A stretch of 64,000 nt of DNA, from the IMG/VR virus record IMGVR_UViG_3300011904_000029, positions 70,312-134,311 of that record. The stretch is one strand, 5' to 3'. This DNA is from a virus (Duplodnaviria > Heunggongvirae > Uroviricota > Caudoviricetes). The stretch's first letter is position 1. Each line of letters opens with the position of its first letter. The notes under the pieces are model-generated. The model was given only the letters and a program-made list of their open reading frames with translations, had not been told where the DNA came from and did not search any database. Positions 28,716 to 38,412 of this stretch are shown here, one piece after another. A program made the position numbers and the translations under genes.

Positions 28716-29879
28716 TTGAAGAGTTCTATCATTGAATTGAATCAGAATAAAAAAATATCAGGGAGAACTTATATAAAATGGGTAATCCATGAGATTCATA
28801 ATGATAATTCTAATTATAATAAAAATGGAATTACGTGGATTGAATCAAATGTGGTGAATAATTTAGATTCAGTAAAAGGAATGCCTCTATGTGTAGAATT
28901 TATAGGATGGGATAAAGATGAGCCATATGGTCATGGGATGACAGATGTAAAAGATGGCAAACCTCTGTTTGAAGATAGTGTAGTTGTTGGTGTAACAGAG
29001 AATGGATATTTAGACTCGATCCAAGTGAATGGAGAGTCAAAACGAGTTTTGATTGGAGAAGGTTACATATATAATCAGCGCTATCCCAAATTTGTACAGT
29101 GGCTAAAGAGTAAAATGTTTGATGGTGAATTTCCGGAAACATCGGTAGAGATTTCTGCAAAAGATGGTCAGGATGTAATTATCTATGAAGATGGATGGAA
29201 AGAAACTGGGCGTATTCCTAAAATTTATGACTACACGGGAGACGCTATTCTTGGAATTGAACCAGCAGATGACTCAGCAGTACTCTTAGAGTTGAATCAG
29301 AAAATGAAGGAGGATAAAAAAGTGAAAGAAACTGTTGTTGAATTAAATAATAAAATTGACGAACAGCGCACTGAAATCAACAATCTTAAACGTGATATTG
29401 AAACAAAAGACAAATCTATTTCTGAGTTAAATGGAAAAGTAGAGACAAAAGAAACTGAACTTAATTCAATGGTTGAAGAACTAAAAGATGTAAAGAGTAA
29501 TCTTGAAGCAAAAGAAACCCAATTAAGTGAATTAAATACAAAAAAAGAAGAATTAGAAGTAGAGTTAAATGAATTGAAAAAATTCAAGAAAAATATTGAA
29601 GATCAAAAGCTTGTTGGAGAGCTTAACCAAAAACTTACCAACTATTCCGAAGAGGAAAAGTCGGTAGCAAAAGAAAAAATTGAGATGTTCAATAAAGAAC
29701 CAAAAGAGGAAATGTTGAAAGAAATTATTTCAGATATTAACTCTGCAATTGCACAAAAGATTGTTGAAGGAAGAGTTAAAAAGTCTTCTTCCGAAGCAAA
29801 TAGTAAAGCTGAAGATATTTACAGTGATATTTATGAAGTTAACTCTGACGAAGAATCTTCAATTGAAGACCTATATTAA
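28716..29879 (+). CDS. prohead protease/scaffold protein (YonD-like)
   Basis: N-terminal protease-like domain and long acidic coiled-coil C-terminus; gene order. Confidence 0.7.
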   Translation: MKSSIIELNQNKKISGRTYIKWVIHEIHNDNSNYNKNGITWIESNVVNNLDSVKGMPLCVEFIGWDKDEPYGHGMTDVKDGKPLFEDSVVVGVTENGYLDSIQVNGESKRVLIGEGYIYNQRYPKFVQWLKSKMFDGEFPETSVEISAKDGQDVIIYEDGWKETGRIPKIYDYTGDAILGIEPADDSAVLLELNQKMKEDKKVKETVVELNNKIDEQRTEINNLKRDIETKDKSISELNGKVETKETELNSMVEELKDVKSNLEAKETQLSELNTKKEELEVELNELKKFKKNIEDQKLVGELNQKLTNYSEEEKSVAKEKIEMFNKEPKEEMLKEIISDINSAIAQKIVEGRVKKSSSEANSKAEDIYSDIYEVNSDEESSIEDLY

Positions 29880-29933
29880 TACACTGCTTTATTGACAGTT
29901 TAATATTTTTTATTTATTAAGGAGGAAAAATTA

Positions 29934-30404
29934 ATGTTTAAATTCGGTACAATTGGTGCTTTCAAACAAGTACGGAACAATCCACGCTGCAAGGCAACCC
30001 AAGATCTATATGATGGACAAGTAGTATTACCAAACGATGCCACTGGTGAAGCTCCGTCACCTGCTAGTGCAGAGGAAGCAAAAGGTGATCTCTACGTTGT
30101 TGGCAATATCATTGACAAGCCAGAGATTCGTAATAAAGTAGATTTCAAAGTTTTAAAAGGAGAATATGTACGTGCATTTAGACTTGCCGATGTACATGAT
30201 TTGCCTGTAGAGATTGATCATTTAGTTTTAGGTGTCGACTATGAGAGTGTTTCCAATGGTGACGTTTTGGTTGCTGCTGATGATGGGACAGGTAAATGGG
30301 TTAAAGCTGGTGAAGGTGCAGAAGAGTATAAAATAAATCTAGTCGTATTGGAAAAATCTACATTTGGTGATAAAGGTCTTTATTGTACTGTAAAGGCTAA
30401 TTAA
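29934..30404 (+). CDS. head structural/decoration protein (YonC-like)
   Basis: Gene order between scaffold and capsid. Confidence 0.6.
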   Translation: MFKFGTIGAFKQVRNNPRCKATQDLYDGQVVLPNDATGEAPSPASAEEAKGDLYVVGNIIDKPEIRNKVDFKVLKGEYVRAFRLADVHDLPVEIDHLVLGVDYESVSNGDVLVAADDGTGKWVKAGEGAEEYKINLVVLEKSTFGDKGLYCTVKAN

Positions 30405-30448
30405 TTTGTTAATTAAATTCATACATAATTTTAGGAGGTATTATATTG

Positions 30449-31555
30449 ATGTTTAAAATTGAATTAAATAATGCTCGTAGGGACTCTGATGTTTTTGTGA
30501 ATACAAAGCTTTCTTCTAAGTCCCCAATTGTTGAAATTTTTAGTGCTGTAGCACTTGGAGAAGATACTGCTAAGTATGGTAAAAAAGTTGATACTGTAAT
30601 GGGACATGTCAAGGAGCTCGCCTCTAAAGCTGTTCTTGGAGACCCTGTAGCAAAAGCAGAGATTAACACTATTGTTCGCTACGCTATTGAACCTAAATTA
30701 ATTAAAGCTATTCAACTATTTAATTTCATGGGTACGTTCCGCACAATTGGTTACGATGAACAGCCTATGATGAAAACATATAAGCATGAAGCTATCCGTT
30801 CTGGATTCCAAGCATCTCGTGGGGACGTTCCTTTTGCTGCAACAACTTGGAGAGAATACCCTATTGGAACTGGCACAATTTCTTCTGGTTATGCCTTTAA
30901 TTACCGTGAACTTCAAAGTGGAAATCTTGATAAGGTTGCAGAAGGAATGGAACAAGTTCAGACAGATATGCATAATAAAGCAATGAATTACGTTGTTGTT
31001 GAAATGGTAAAAGCTATTAAGAATGCGACAGGAGTTAAATATTTTGCTGAATCTGCTGGAATTGCAAAACAAGCAGTGGATGAAACAATCGCAAAAGTTC
31101 GCCGCTTCGGACAACCAGCTATTGCAGGAGACTATTCTGTTGTTTCTCAATTGAATGATTTTGCAGGGTTTAAAGCAGATCCATCTGAAGCAAAGAACAC
31201 TCATCTAAGCGAGGCAGTAATGGAGGAAATTCGTAGAACTGGATTGTTGACTCATTATAAAGGCTCTGCTGTTGTTGAATTACCAAACCAATATAATCTA
31301 ACTGAATTGAATGCTGCTGGAGATAACTTTAAAACTTACCTTCCAGAAGGGTTGTTATTCTTTATTCCTCAAGGAGCCGTATCTCCTTTGCAAGTGTTCC
31401 AGCGTGGTGGACTTACTTCCATGAGTGGAAATGATATTGTAACAGGAACTGAAATGACTCGTTTCGATCTCGAAATTGGGGCTGGTGTCAGTGAAGGGCG
31501 TGAATATGAGATTGGCTTAATTCACGATACTAACTTTGAACTGCCCGCTATTTAA
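30449..31555 (+). CDS. major capsid protein (YonB-like)
   Basis: About 368 aa; strong RBS; gene order. Confidence 0.75.
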   Translation: MFKIELNNARRDSDVFVNTKLSSKSPIVEIFSAVALGEDTAKYGKKVDTVMGHVKELASKAVLGDPVAKAEINTIVRYAIEPKLIKAIQLFNFMGTFRTIGYDEQPMMKTYKHEAIRSGFQASRGDVPFAATTWREYPIGTGTISSGYAFNYRELQSGNLDKVAEGMEQVQTDMHNKAMNYVVVEMVKAIKNATGVKYFAESAGIAKQAVDETIAKVRRFGQPAIAGDYSVVSQLNDFAGFKADPSEAKNTHLSEAVMEEIRRTGLLTHYKGSAVVELPNQYNLTELNAAGDNFKTYLPEGLLFFIPQGAVSPLQVFQRGGLTSMSGNDIVTGTEMTRFDLEIGAGVSEGREYEIGLIHDTNFELPAI

Positions 31556-31583
31556 CGTTAAATAAATTAATATAATATGGAGG

Positions 31584-32546
31584 ATGATGAAAATTAGTAA
31601 GAGACTTAGTACTAATATTGTTCGAGAATTTGTAGAGTCTTTTGGTTATAAGTTACTTACTGAGTTTGAGTCATCCTCTGTAAAGATTAAAGTATCTTGT
31701 CCTTTAAACCATGTTTATGAAGTCAAATTTAATAACTTTAAACAGGGTAGAAGATGTAAAGAATGTTCATACTTAGAAAAGGCAAAAAAATTTAAACATT
31801 CTTTAGAACATGTGAAAAAAACGTTTTTAGATAATGACTGCATTCCATTGTTTTCAAATTACAAAAATGCTAAAACACCTCTATTATATATGTGCAATTG
31901 CGGTAATAAATCAACTATAAGATTTAGTGATTTCCAAAGAGGTAAACGCTGTAAATTATGTATGGGGGAGAGACTATCTGATAGATTCAGATTTTCATAT
32001 TCTTATGTAGAAAAACTTTTTGAAATAAATGATTGCAAATTGTTGTCAGATAAATACATAAATGGAAAAGAGCATTTAGATTACGTTTGTTCATGTGGCA
32101 ATAGAGATGTTATTTCATTTGAAAAATTTAAACTTGGGCAAAGATGCTATGAATGTAGGAACAATAAAATAAGTAAATCTTTAAAAGGAAGAAATTTCCC
32201 AGAACGTAGAGGCGAAAATCATCCAAACTGGAAATATGATAAATCTGATGAAGATAGAGTAAAAGAAAGAAAGTTTTATGACTATCATCAATGGAGAGAA
32301 TCGGTATTTGAAAGAGATAATTTCACCTGCCAGTGTTGCAGTAAAGTTGGTCATGAGTTAAACGCACACCATTTAGATGGTTGGAACTGGTGTATTGAGA
32401 AAAGGTTAGATGTGGATAATGGGATAACATTATGTAAAATTTGTCATGATGAATTCCATGAAATGTATGGTAAAGGAAACAATACTAAAGAACAATTCAT
32501 GGAATTTTTGTTCAATAAAAGGAGGAAATTGTTTTGTCTGATTTAA
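31584..32546 (+). CDS. free-standing HNH homing endonuclease with repeated Zn-binding modules
   Basis: RDNFTCQCC...AHHL...DNGITLCKICHDEFH; three C-x-C/H...RC-x2-C repeats; no flanking intron motifs. Confidence 0.85.
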   Translation: MMKISKRLSTNIVREFVESFGYKLLTEFESSSVKIKVSCPLNHVYEVKFNNFKQGRRCKECSYLEKAKKFKHSLEHVKKTFLDNDCIPLFSNYKNAKTPLLYMCNCGNKSTIRFSDFQRGKRCKLCMGERLSDRFRFSYSYVEKLFEINDCKLLSDKYINGKEHLDYVCSCGNRDVISFEKFKLGQRCYECRNNKISKSLKGRNFPERRGENHPNWKYDKSDEDRVKERKFYDYHQWRESVFERDNFTCQCCSKVGHELNAHHLDGWNWCIEKRLDVDNGITLCKICHDEFHEMYGKGNNTKEQFMEFLFNKRRKLFCLI

Positions 32547-33004
32547 ATTTAGATCAAAAAGTGGTTATTAAAAATATGTGTGAATGGGATTTGTTTTTCA
32601 AAAGGATAGAATCTCCTGGTGAGGTTAAAATCCCTAAAAAGGGTGTAACTAGACTATCTCGTGGAGAAATTCAGGCTCAAGTATATGCTAATAATACCAT
32701 GTTATCAGGCTTAGACGGTCAAGGATCTCATGCTAAGTTATACATTGAAGATAAAGATACAAGGGTAATGCTTGGATTTGAAAGTGAAGATGGAAAGCAA
32801 GAGCAAGATATTGTTACGCCTGAACGAATTCAAAAAATATTAGCATATAAAACTCAAAAAACTTTTGAAAACAAGATCCAAGAAGAAATAAAACTAGATT
32901 CTGAAAAGTTGCTATTGGCTGAAGAAGCTAAGCGTCAAAAATTAAATGATTACGAGAAAATTAGGTTTATTGAAGAATATACAGGGTTTAAGTTTAAAAA
33001 TTAA
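32534..33004 (+). CDS. virion morphogenesis protein (YonA-like)
   Basis: Gene order; AAAGGAGG RBS inside the HNH 3' end. Confidence 0.6.
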   Translation: MSDLNLDQKVVIKNMCEWDLFFKRIESPGEVKIPKKGVTRLSRGEIQAQVYANNTMLSGLDGQGSHAKLYIEDKDTRVMLGFESEDGKQEQDIVTPERIQKILAYKTQKTFENKIQEEIKLDSEKLLLAEEAKRQKLNDYEKIRFIEEYTGFKFKN

Positions 33005-33016
33005 GGAGGAGATTCA

Positions 33017-33409
33017 ATGTCTACTCCATTTGAAAAAGTCCAAAATGTTTTCCACTCTAAGTTTCAGAGCAAAATAGAATTGCCAAAAGGACTAGAAGAA
33101 CAGTTCTTTATAAATGCTATTAGTGAATTTAATGTTGAGCTTTACCCTATAGAGTTTGATGAGTTTACTTTTGAAATTGAAGATAATTTATCTGTTTCCG
33201 AAATCAATTTACTAGGCACACTTATGTACAAAGAATATCTTCATAGAGAAAGAGACAAGACTCTTAAATTAAACAATATAGTTGGCAAAGACATTAAGTT
33301 GACCGCATTAGGTAATAGCAAATACGCAATGAATAATGCTTACAATGATTTGCAAAAAGAAATATCAAAAATGACAAATAAATTAAAACCAATGAACTTT
33401 GATGAATAG
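33017..33409 (+). CDS. head-tail connector/adaptor (YomZ-like)
   Basis: Gene order and size. Confidence 0.55.
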   Translation: MSTPFEKVQNVFHSKFQSKIELPKGLEEQFFINAISEFNVELYPIEFDEFTFEIEDNLSVSEINLLGTLMYKEYLHRERDKTLKLNNIVGKDIKLTALGNSKYAMNNAYNDLQKEISKMTNKLKPMNFDE

Positions 33410-33420
33410 GAGGAAATTAT

Positions 33421-34101
33421 ATGCCTAAAGAGTGGTATCTATCTGATTCAGATAAATATTTGAGTGGATATGAAAACGAAGAATTTACACTTAATGCCAC
33501 AAGTGCTTTTGATGAAATCCTCCTTAATTCACCAGAGTCTTATGATGTATTAATCAATGATGTCCCAAACAAAGCCATTATACAAACAAAATCTAGCGAT
33601 ATTGCAAGAAAAATTTTAACCAGGATTGGCGACATTTCTTGTGGAGATATTGTTGATTATAAAAAAAATAAATGGCTTGCTGTTGATTTCGCTGACGACA
33701 ATAGAATGTACGAATCAAGCATCATTAAGCTATGCAATACCACATTTCATTTAGAGCTAGATAAAACTACTGTTTTATTAAGAGATGAGAACGGCAATCC
33801 AATACTTGATAATCATGGCAGACCAATCTATGAAGAAGTTCCAAATACTAAAGATGTTCCTTGTGTAGTTGAAACAAAGTATTACTTTAATAACCGCAAT
33901 GAACAAATCACACTACCTGAAGATCGGGTAATGATTTCTATTCAGTATCAAGAGGCAAATAATTTAAAAGAAAATGCCGAGTTCAATCTTTATAATTCTC
34001 GTTTCTCAATTAAGTTCATTGATTATACCAAAGTAGTAAATGACAAGGGAGTTATGATCATCACTGGTGAAAGGGTGATGAATAAAGATGGGAATGTATA
34101 A
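33421..34101 (+). CDS. head-closure/neck protein (YomX-like)
   Basis: Gene order and size. Confidence 0.55.
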   Translation: MPKEWYLSDSDKYLSGYENEEFTLNATSAFDEILLNSPESYDVLINDVPNKAIIQTKSSDIARKILTRIGDISCGDIVDYKKNKWLAVDFADDNRMYESSIIKLCNTTFHLELDKTTVLLRDENGNPILDNHGRPIYEEVPNTKDVPCVVETKYYFNNRNEQITLPEDRVMISIQYQEANNLKENAEFNLYNSRFSIKFIDYTKVVNDKGVMIITGERVMNKDGNV

Positions 34102-34594
34102 AAATATACAGGATATCTTGAAAGCAGTACGATTTGATGAAGAGCTTTTAAGGTTGCTTTACTATAAACCCGAAGACTATCTATCTAAAACACTTGACCC
34201 TCTTGATGAAAGACTTCCTAATATACTGGATATGGATTTAGGGAAACAGTGGGAAATTAGAGATGAAAGGATAATGGTTACTCCTAAAGACGATGACCTT
34301 ACGAATAAAAGGATTTGTAGAATATTTGTTTATTTTGGTGACAGATCCCCCCAAAGAGGGAATTACAAAATGGCTGAGCAGGATTTGATTGTAGATGTCA
34401 TTTGTCATTCTGATTTTGAGAATGGTGATATTAGGTCAACAAGAATCGGTGATAGACTTAACCAGATATTTGCATTAAGTAATGTAACAGGTGTAGGTAA
34501 GATGAATTATGTGAGAGGCAGACTGCTTAATAGAGTACCTTCTCAATATGTAGGGTTTCAGCATATCTATTCATTAGGGAGCACAAAAAAGTGA
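34088..34594 (+). CDS. tail terminator/neck protein (YomW-like)
   Basis: Gene order and size. Confidence 0.55.
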   Translation: MGMYKNIQDILKAVRFDEELLRLLYYKPEDYLSKTLDPLDERLPNILDMDLGKQWEIRDERIMVTPKDDDLTNKRICRIFVYFGDRSPQRGNYKMAEQDLIVDVICHSDFENGDIRSTRIGDRLNQIFALSNVTGVGKMNYVRGRLLNRVPSQYVGFQHIYSLGSTKK

Positions 34595-35316
34595 GTTTGA
34601 ATAATATACTTGGCAGACCTGTCGATGTTCCAGAGGTAGGAAGTGTATTCCCGGTAAAGGTTAAAGATTGGGATATATTTGAAAAAAATGTAAATATTCT
34701 TATGTTATCTAAAAAAAGTCTTCCATTAGAGATTGAGAATGATGATATCACACTTCTAGACAGGATTGTATTTGGCCTTAAAGATGAAAGTGTAATTAAT
34801 TCAATTTGTACGATTTTTAATTTGGTATTCAATACAAAGGGATTTGCGATTACTGGGACGCCAGAAAGCTATTTTCTTTCTGATAGTGAGAACATTTTTA
34901 TTGAACCTCTACTTTATGACGATATTAGAAGAATAATATTACACCAAAATCTAATATTGGAGCCGAAAATATATAAAGATAAAAGAATGCAAGAATGGGC
35001 ACAAAAAGCATTGGAAGTCAGAAATAAGGATGCTGCCAATATTACACTAGAAGATATGATTACTACCGTAGCTGTTATATCTGGTAAGCATTATTGGGAT
35101 ATTGAAGAATATACGATGTATCAACTTCAAAGCGAATTTAGAAGGATTAATAAAATAAAACATTATGACACCACTTCCATTATGTTCGCAAATCCTTATG
35201 CTACAGATATTAAATTGGATCACTTTGCTGAATATCTTGATTTATATGCTGACCCATATAAAGACCTGTTTAAGAAGAAAGAAAAATTAAATATAACTAA
35301 AGCACTTGGAGAATAA
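34591..35316 (+). CDS. tail morphogenesis protein (YomV-like)
   Basis: Gene order; GTG overlapping the previous stop. Confidence 0.55.
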   Translation: MSLNNILGRPVDVPEVGSVFPVKVKDWDIFEKNVNILMLSKKSLPLEIENDDITLLDRIVFGLKDESVINSICTIFNLVFNTKGFAITGTPESYFLSDSENIFIEPLLYDDIRRIILHQNLILEPKIYKDKRMQEWAQKALEVRNKDAANITLEDMITTVAVISGKHYWDIEEYTMYQLQSEFRRINKIKHYDTTSIMFANPYATDIKLDHFAEYLDLYADPYKDLFKKKEKLNITKALGE

Positions 35317-35336
35317 AATATTTAGGAGGAAAATCA

Positions 35337-36092
35337 ATGGCAGTTATTGCAGATGTTTTCGAAGTTATCTTAATAGATAATCAAAATGATGTGATTGGTA
35401 CAACTTCTCTTCAAGATTCAAATATTGATGTGAGTGTACAAGAGCAGGATGTTCGAGGAGGTCGTGGGAATCAGCTCTATGGAGTTCTTCACTCTGATAG
35501 GGATATTAATATTGATATGAATGATATCCAGTTTCGTTTTGAATGGTTAGCAAAACAATTCGGACAAGATGTTAAAACTGGAGCAGGAAAAGCCTACGCT
35601 ATGCCTAAATGGTATCTGGCTACTGAAGATGTTGATAGTACGGTCATTACCTTAGATAAAGAGCCATCTTCTGTCAGTGAAATGGCCATCTATAATGAAA
35701 ATGGGGAAAGAATTACTGGATTTACAGTGCAAGGCTCGAAAGTGGATCTTACAGACGCAACTCCTACTGTTGCTATTGGTGATGAGGTGGAAGTAAGAAC
35801 ATTTATCTATGATACACCTCCGACTACTCAAGAATTTAAAATTGACAACTCAGTATTCGCTAAGGGGGTCAAGGCTGTCCTTGAAACTGTAGAGGTCGAT
35901 GAGACTGAGGAAGTAGTTACTCATCAAATTCAATATGAATTCTATAAAGCTGTACCTACTGGAAACTTTACAATTAACACTGCCTCTGAAAGATCAGCGC
36001 AAGCACAGGCGACAAACCTTCGTGTTGTCAAGCCAAAAACTTCTACAGAGGTTGGTGTAGTAAAAAGAATTCCTGTTTCCCAATTGCCCTAA
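35337..36092 (+). CDS. major tail (tube) protein (YomU-like), ending in CCC-TAA
   Basis: 251 aa; gene order; terminal CCC-TAA +1 shift site. Confidence 0.75.
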   Translation: MAVIADVFEVILIDNQNDVIGTTSLQDSNIDVSVQEQDVRGGRGNQLYGVLHSDRDINIDMNDIQFRFEWLAKQFGQDVKTGAGKAYAMPKWYLATEDVDSTVITLDKEPSSVSEMAIYNENGERITGFTVQGSKVDLTDATPTVAIGDEVEVRTFIYDTPPTTQEFKIDNSVFAKGVKAVLETVEVDETEEVVTHQIQYEFYKAVPTGNFTINTASERSAQAQATNLRVVKPKTSTEVGVVKRIPVSQLP

Positions 36093-36156
36093 TCAGCCCC
36101 ATAGTCTCAAAATAAGCTCCAAGACAGATAGGAGTGTTGCCCTATCTTGGGAATAA
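36087..36156 (+). other. programmed +1 frameshift site and 21-aa extension NQPHSLKISSKTDRSVALSWE (FN3 strands A-B)
   Basis: CCC TAA at 36087-92; the +1 frame is open to TAA 36154-56 and reads as an FN3 N-terminus. Confidence 0.75.
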
Positions 36157-36192
36157 GTGAGACGTGGGGTATTCAAGAGGAGGCAGATTTTT

Positions 36193-36894
36193 ATGAGCAT
36201 CGAGTACATAGTATATAGAAATGGCTCTAAGATTGCAGAGGGGTTAAAGAATAAGTCATATACTGATGATGGTCTTTCCCCTAATACTTCTTATACATAC
36301 CAAGTAAGTGCATTTGAGAACGGCAAGGAAAGTAGTCTTTCTGATCCTATAACGGTAAAAACAGATTATAGTCATCCAACTGAAGTCAACGTCTCTCCCT
36401 CCACTATTTCTATCAATGTAAATGATAAGCGAAAATTGGCTGCTACTGTAATACCATCAACTGCTAAACAAGAAGTTGTTTGGTCAAGTACTAATCCTGA
36501 TATTGCATCAGTAAGTGCATCAGGAGAAATCCAAGGGTTGTCACCAGGAACCACAGAAATTATTGCAAAGGCAAAAGATGATAATAGTATAGCTGGTAGC
36601 ACATCTGTCACAGTCATACAACCAGTAACAGGTGTTTCCTTAAATAAAACATCAATTAGTCTAGAAATTGGTAGTAGTGAGAAACTTACTTCAACAGTGC
36701 AACCATCGAATGCTTCTAACAAGAAAGTTACTTGGTCATCATCTGCAAATGAAGTTTGTACCGTAAGTAGTGATGGACAGGTAACTGCTGTAGGAGAGGG
36801 AGAAGCTACAGTAACAGTAACTACGGATGATGGAAATAAGACTACATCTTGTGTGGTCACTGTAATTGATATTGAGCCAAGTGAGGGTGAGTAG
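36193..36894 (+). CDS. tail-associated Ig-domain protein (partial FN3 plus two Big_2 domains)
   Basis: GAGGAGG RBS at 36177-83, ATG at 36193; EYIVYRNG...YTDDGLSPNTSYTYQVSA; two Big_2 repeats. Confidence 0.85.
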   Translation: MSIEYIVYRNGSKIAEGLKNKSYTDDGLSPNTSYTYQVSAFENGKESSLSDPITVKTDYSHPTEVNVSPSTISINVNDKRKLAATVIPSTAKQEVVWSSTNPDIASVSASGEIQGLSPGTTEIIAKAKDDNSIAGSTSVTVIQPVTGVSLNKTSISLEIGSSEKLTSTVQPSNASNKKVTWSSSANEVCTVSSDGQVTAVGEGEATVTVTTDDGNKTTSCVVTVIDIEPSEGE

Positions 36895-36925
36895 GCGATT
36901 GCCCTGCTTGCCTTTTTATTTTTTT
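36893..36925 (+). terminator. intrinsic terminator
   Basis: aggc...gcct stem followed by a long T-run. Confidence 0.55.
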
Positions 36926-36947
36926 AGGAATAAAAGGAGGATTATTT

Positions 36948-37385
36948 ATGAAACTTAAAATTAAAGCTAATCAAATAAAAGGATTTGCAGATTTCCTAAT
37001 GTCACTTGAACTAAAAGGTACTAAGAGCAGAATGAGAGTACGCTTAGTTAAAATGCTAGATGAAAAATTAGAATCGATTCAACAGGAATATATTGATCAT
37101 GTAGTAAAAGAACATTGTCAATTAGATGAAGAAGGAAACCCAAAAACTAAGGATGTAAATGGACAGAGGCACTGGGATATCAAGGACGACAAACAAGAAG
37201 ACTTCAATAAAGATTATTTAGAACTCTGGAATGAAACTCATGTTATCGAGGGTGAAGATAATAAAGTGATGTTTGTATCTGTTAGAGAATCTGTATTGAA
37301 TTGTGATAAAGCATTTAGTGGACAAGAAGCTCTTATGTTTGATCAATGGTGCGATCTAGTTGAAGCTATGGATGAAGATAATTAA
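36948..37385 (+). CDS. DUF1617-like (YomQ-like) protein
   Basis: Family pattern (FL..L.LKG..SR.R..L.K.L) and position. Confidence 0.55.
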   Translation: MKLKIKANQIKGFADFLMSLELKGTKSRMRVRLVKMLDEKLESIQQEYIDHVVKEHCQLDEEGNPKTKDVNGQRHWDIKDDKQEDFNKDYLELWNETHVIEGEDNKVMFVSVRESVLNCDKAFSGQEALMFDQWCDLVEAMDEDN

Positions 37386-37420
37386 ATAAATTTATATTGA
37401 TGACGAATAGGAGGATGAAA

Positions 37421-37954
37421 ATGGCAAAGAAACCAGCAGAATTAAATATAACTCAAGTTAAAAAAGCTGCAAAAGAAAACCTTAAACAAGAAACATATGA
37501 GTTTGAAGAGGACGGTGTCACTAGAGTAATTAGATTCTATCCTGTTTTTTCTGATGGGAAAATTACTGAGCTATTAGAAGAACTTCAAGTGTGTTTAATG
37601 CAAGCTAATGAGAAAGAAATTGAAGTGGATGAGAAAACTTTATACAAATATATCTCCTTTCTTTGTATTAAACATTTCACTCATCTAGGGAAAACCATTC
37701 CCCACAACAACTTTGTTAAGCAATTGGACTATATGCAAACCTATATTGACTCTGGGTATTATAAATTAATTCTAGAGCAAGTACTGTCTGCAAAAGAGAT
37801 TAATAAAGTTGTTGAGAGAATTACAGATATTATTGGTCAGTCTATGGCAATTGATAATATCATGCGTAAAGCTAAAAATAAGGCTGAAACAATGGAATTG
37901 GAAAACAGAGAGATTTTTGATGAATTAAATAAGATCGGAAGTAAGGCTCACTAG
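37421..37954 (+). CDS. tail-module protein (YomO-like, possible assembly chaperone)
   Basis: AGGAGG RBS before the ATG at 37421; gene order. Confidence 0.6.
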   Translation: MAKKPAELNITQVKKAAKENLKQETYEFEEDGVTRVIRFYPVFSDGKITELLEELQVCLMQANEKEIEVDEKTLYKYISFLCIKHFTHLGKTIPHNNFVKQLDYMQTYIDSGYYKLILEQVLSAKEINKVVERITDIIGQSMAIDNIMRKAKNKAETMELENREIFDELNKIGSKAH

Positions 37955-37968
37955 GAGCGTGATATAAA

Positions 37969-38394
37969 TTGAGTAAGGCGATGAGTGTTGCTGAATTAAA
38001 GGCTTATATGGATAAAATGGCTAAAGAAGCAATGCTAAAGGGTAATGCCGTCAAAGATACTGTAATTCAAACTGGTCAAAAACATGTTAAAGAAGATGTT
38101 TATGATAAGTATGAGCCAAAAGTATATGTAAGATCCGGTGGACTAATGGAGGACTGGGATTACAAAGAAACGTCTGATGGTATTGCCATTTATAGTAATC
38201 GAATTGATAAAGAGACTGGTAAAAATATTGGTTATACAATTGAGACAGGTCAGGGATATGATTATGATTTCGAATACTCAGGTGTACCAAGGCCATTTAT
38301 TGAAGAAGCAAGAAAAGAATTAGCTAGTGATAAAAGAATATTGGCTGATGCTTTAAAGAGAGATTTAAAAAATATGGGCATCAAGACTAATTAG
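37969..38394 (+). CDS. HK97 gp10-like tail component (YomN-like)
   Basis: YVRSGGL and GVPRPFIEEA motifs; gene order. Confidence 0.6.
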   Translation: MSKAMSVAELKAYMDKMAKEAMLKGNAVKDTVIQTGQKHVKEDVYDKYEPKVYVRSGGLMEDWDYKETSDGIAIYSNRIDKETGKNIGYTIETGQGYDYDFEYSGVPRPFIEEARKELASDKRILADALKRDLKNMGIKTN

Positions 38395-38412
38395 TTTGGA
38401 GGTGGGAAATGA

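Noticed and set aside
31556-32546. HNH gene as part of a group I intron in the capsid gene
   Set aside because: The capsid ORF ends normally and no P4/P7 core motifs flank the HNH
36157-36192. GTG at 36157 as the start of the Ig gene
   Set aside because: No RBS upstream; the strong GAGGAGG lies inside this stretch and points to the ATG at 36193
36151-36204. T4 gene 60-style ribosomal bypass from GAA(36151) to GAG in the Ig gene
   Set aside because: The landing codon is not identical and the resulting W-E-Y loop is too short for an FN3 B-C loop
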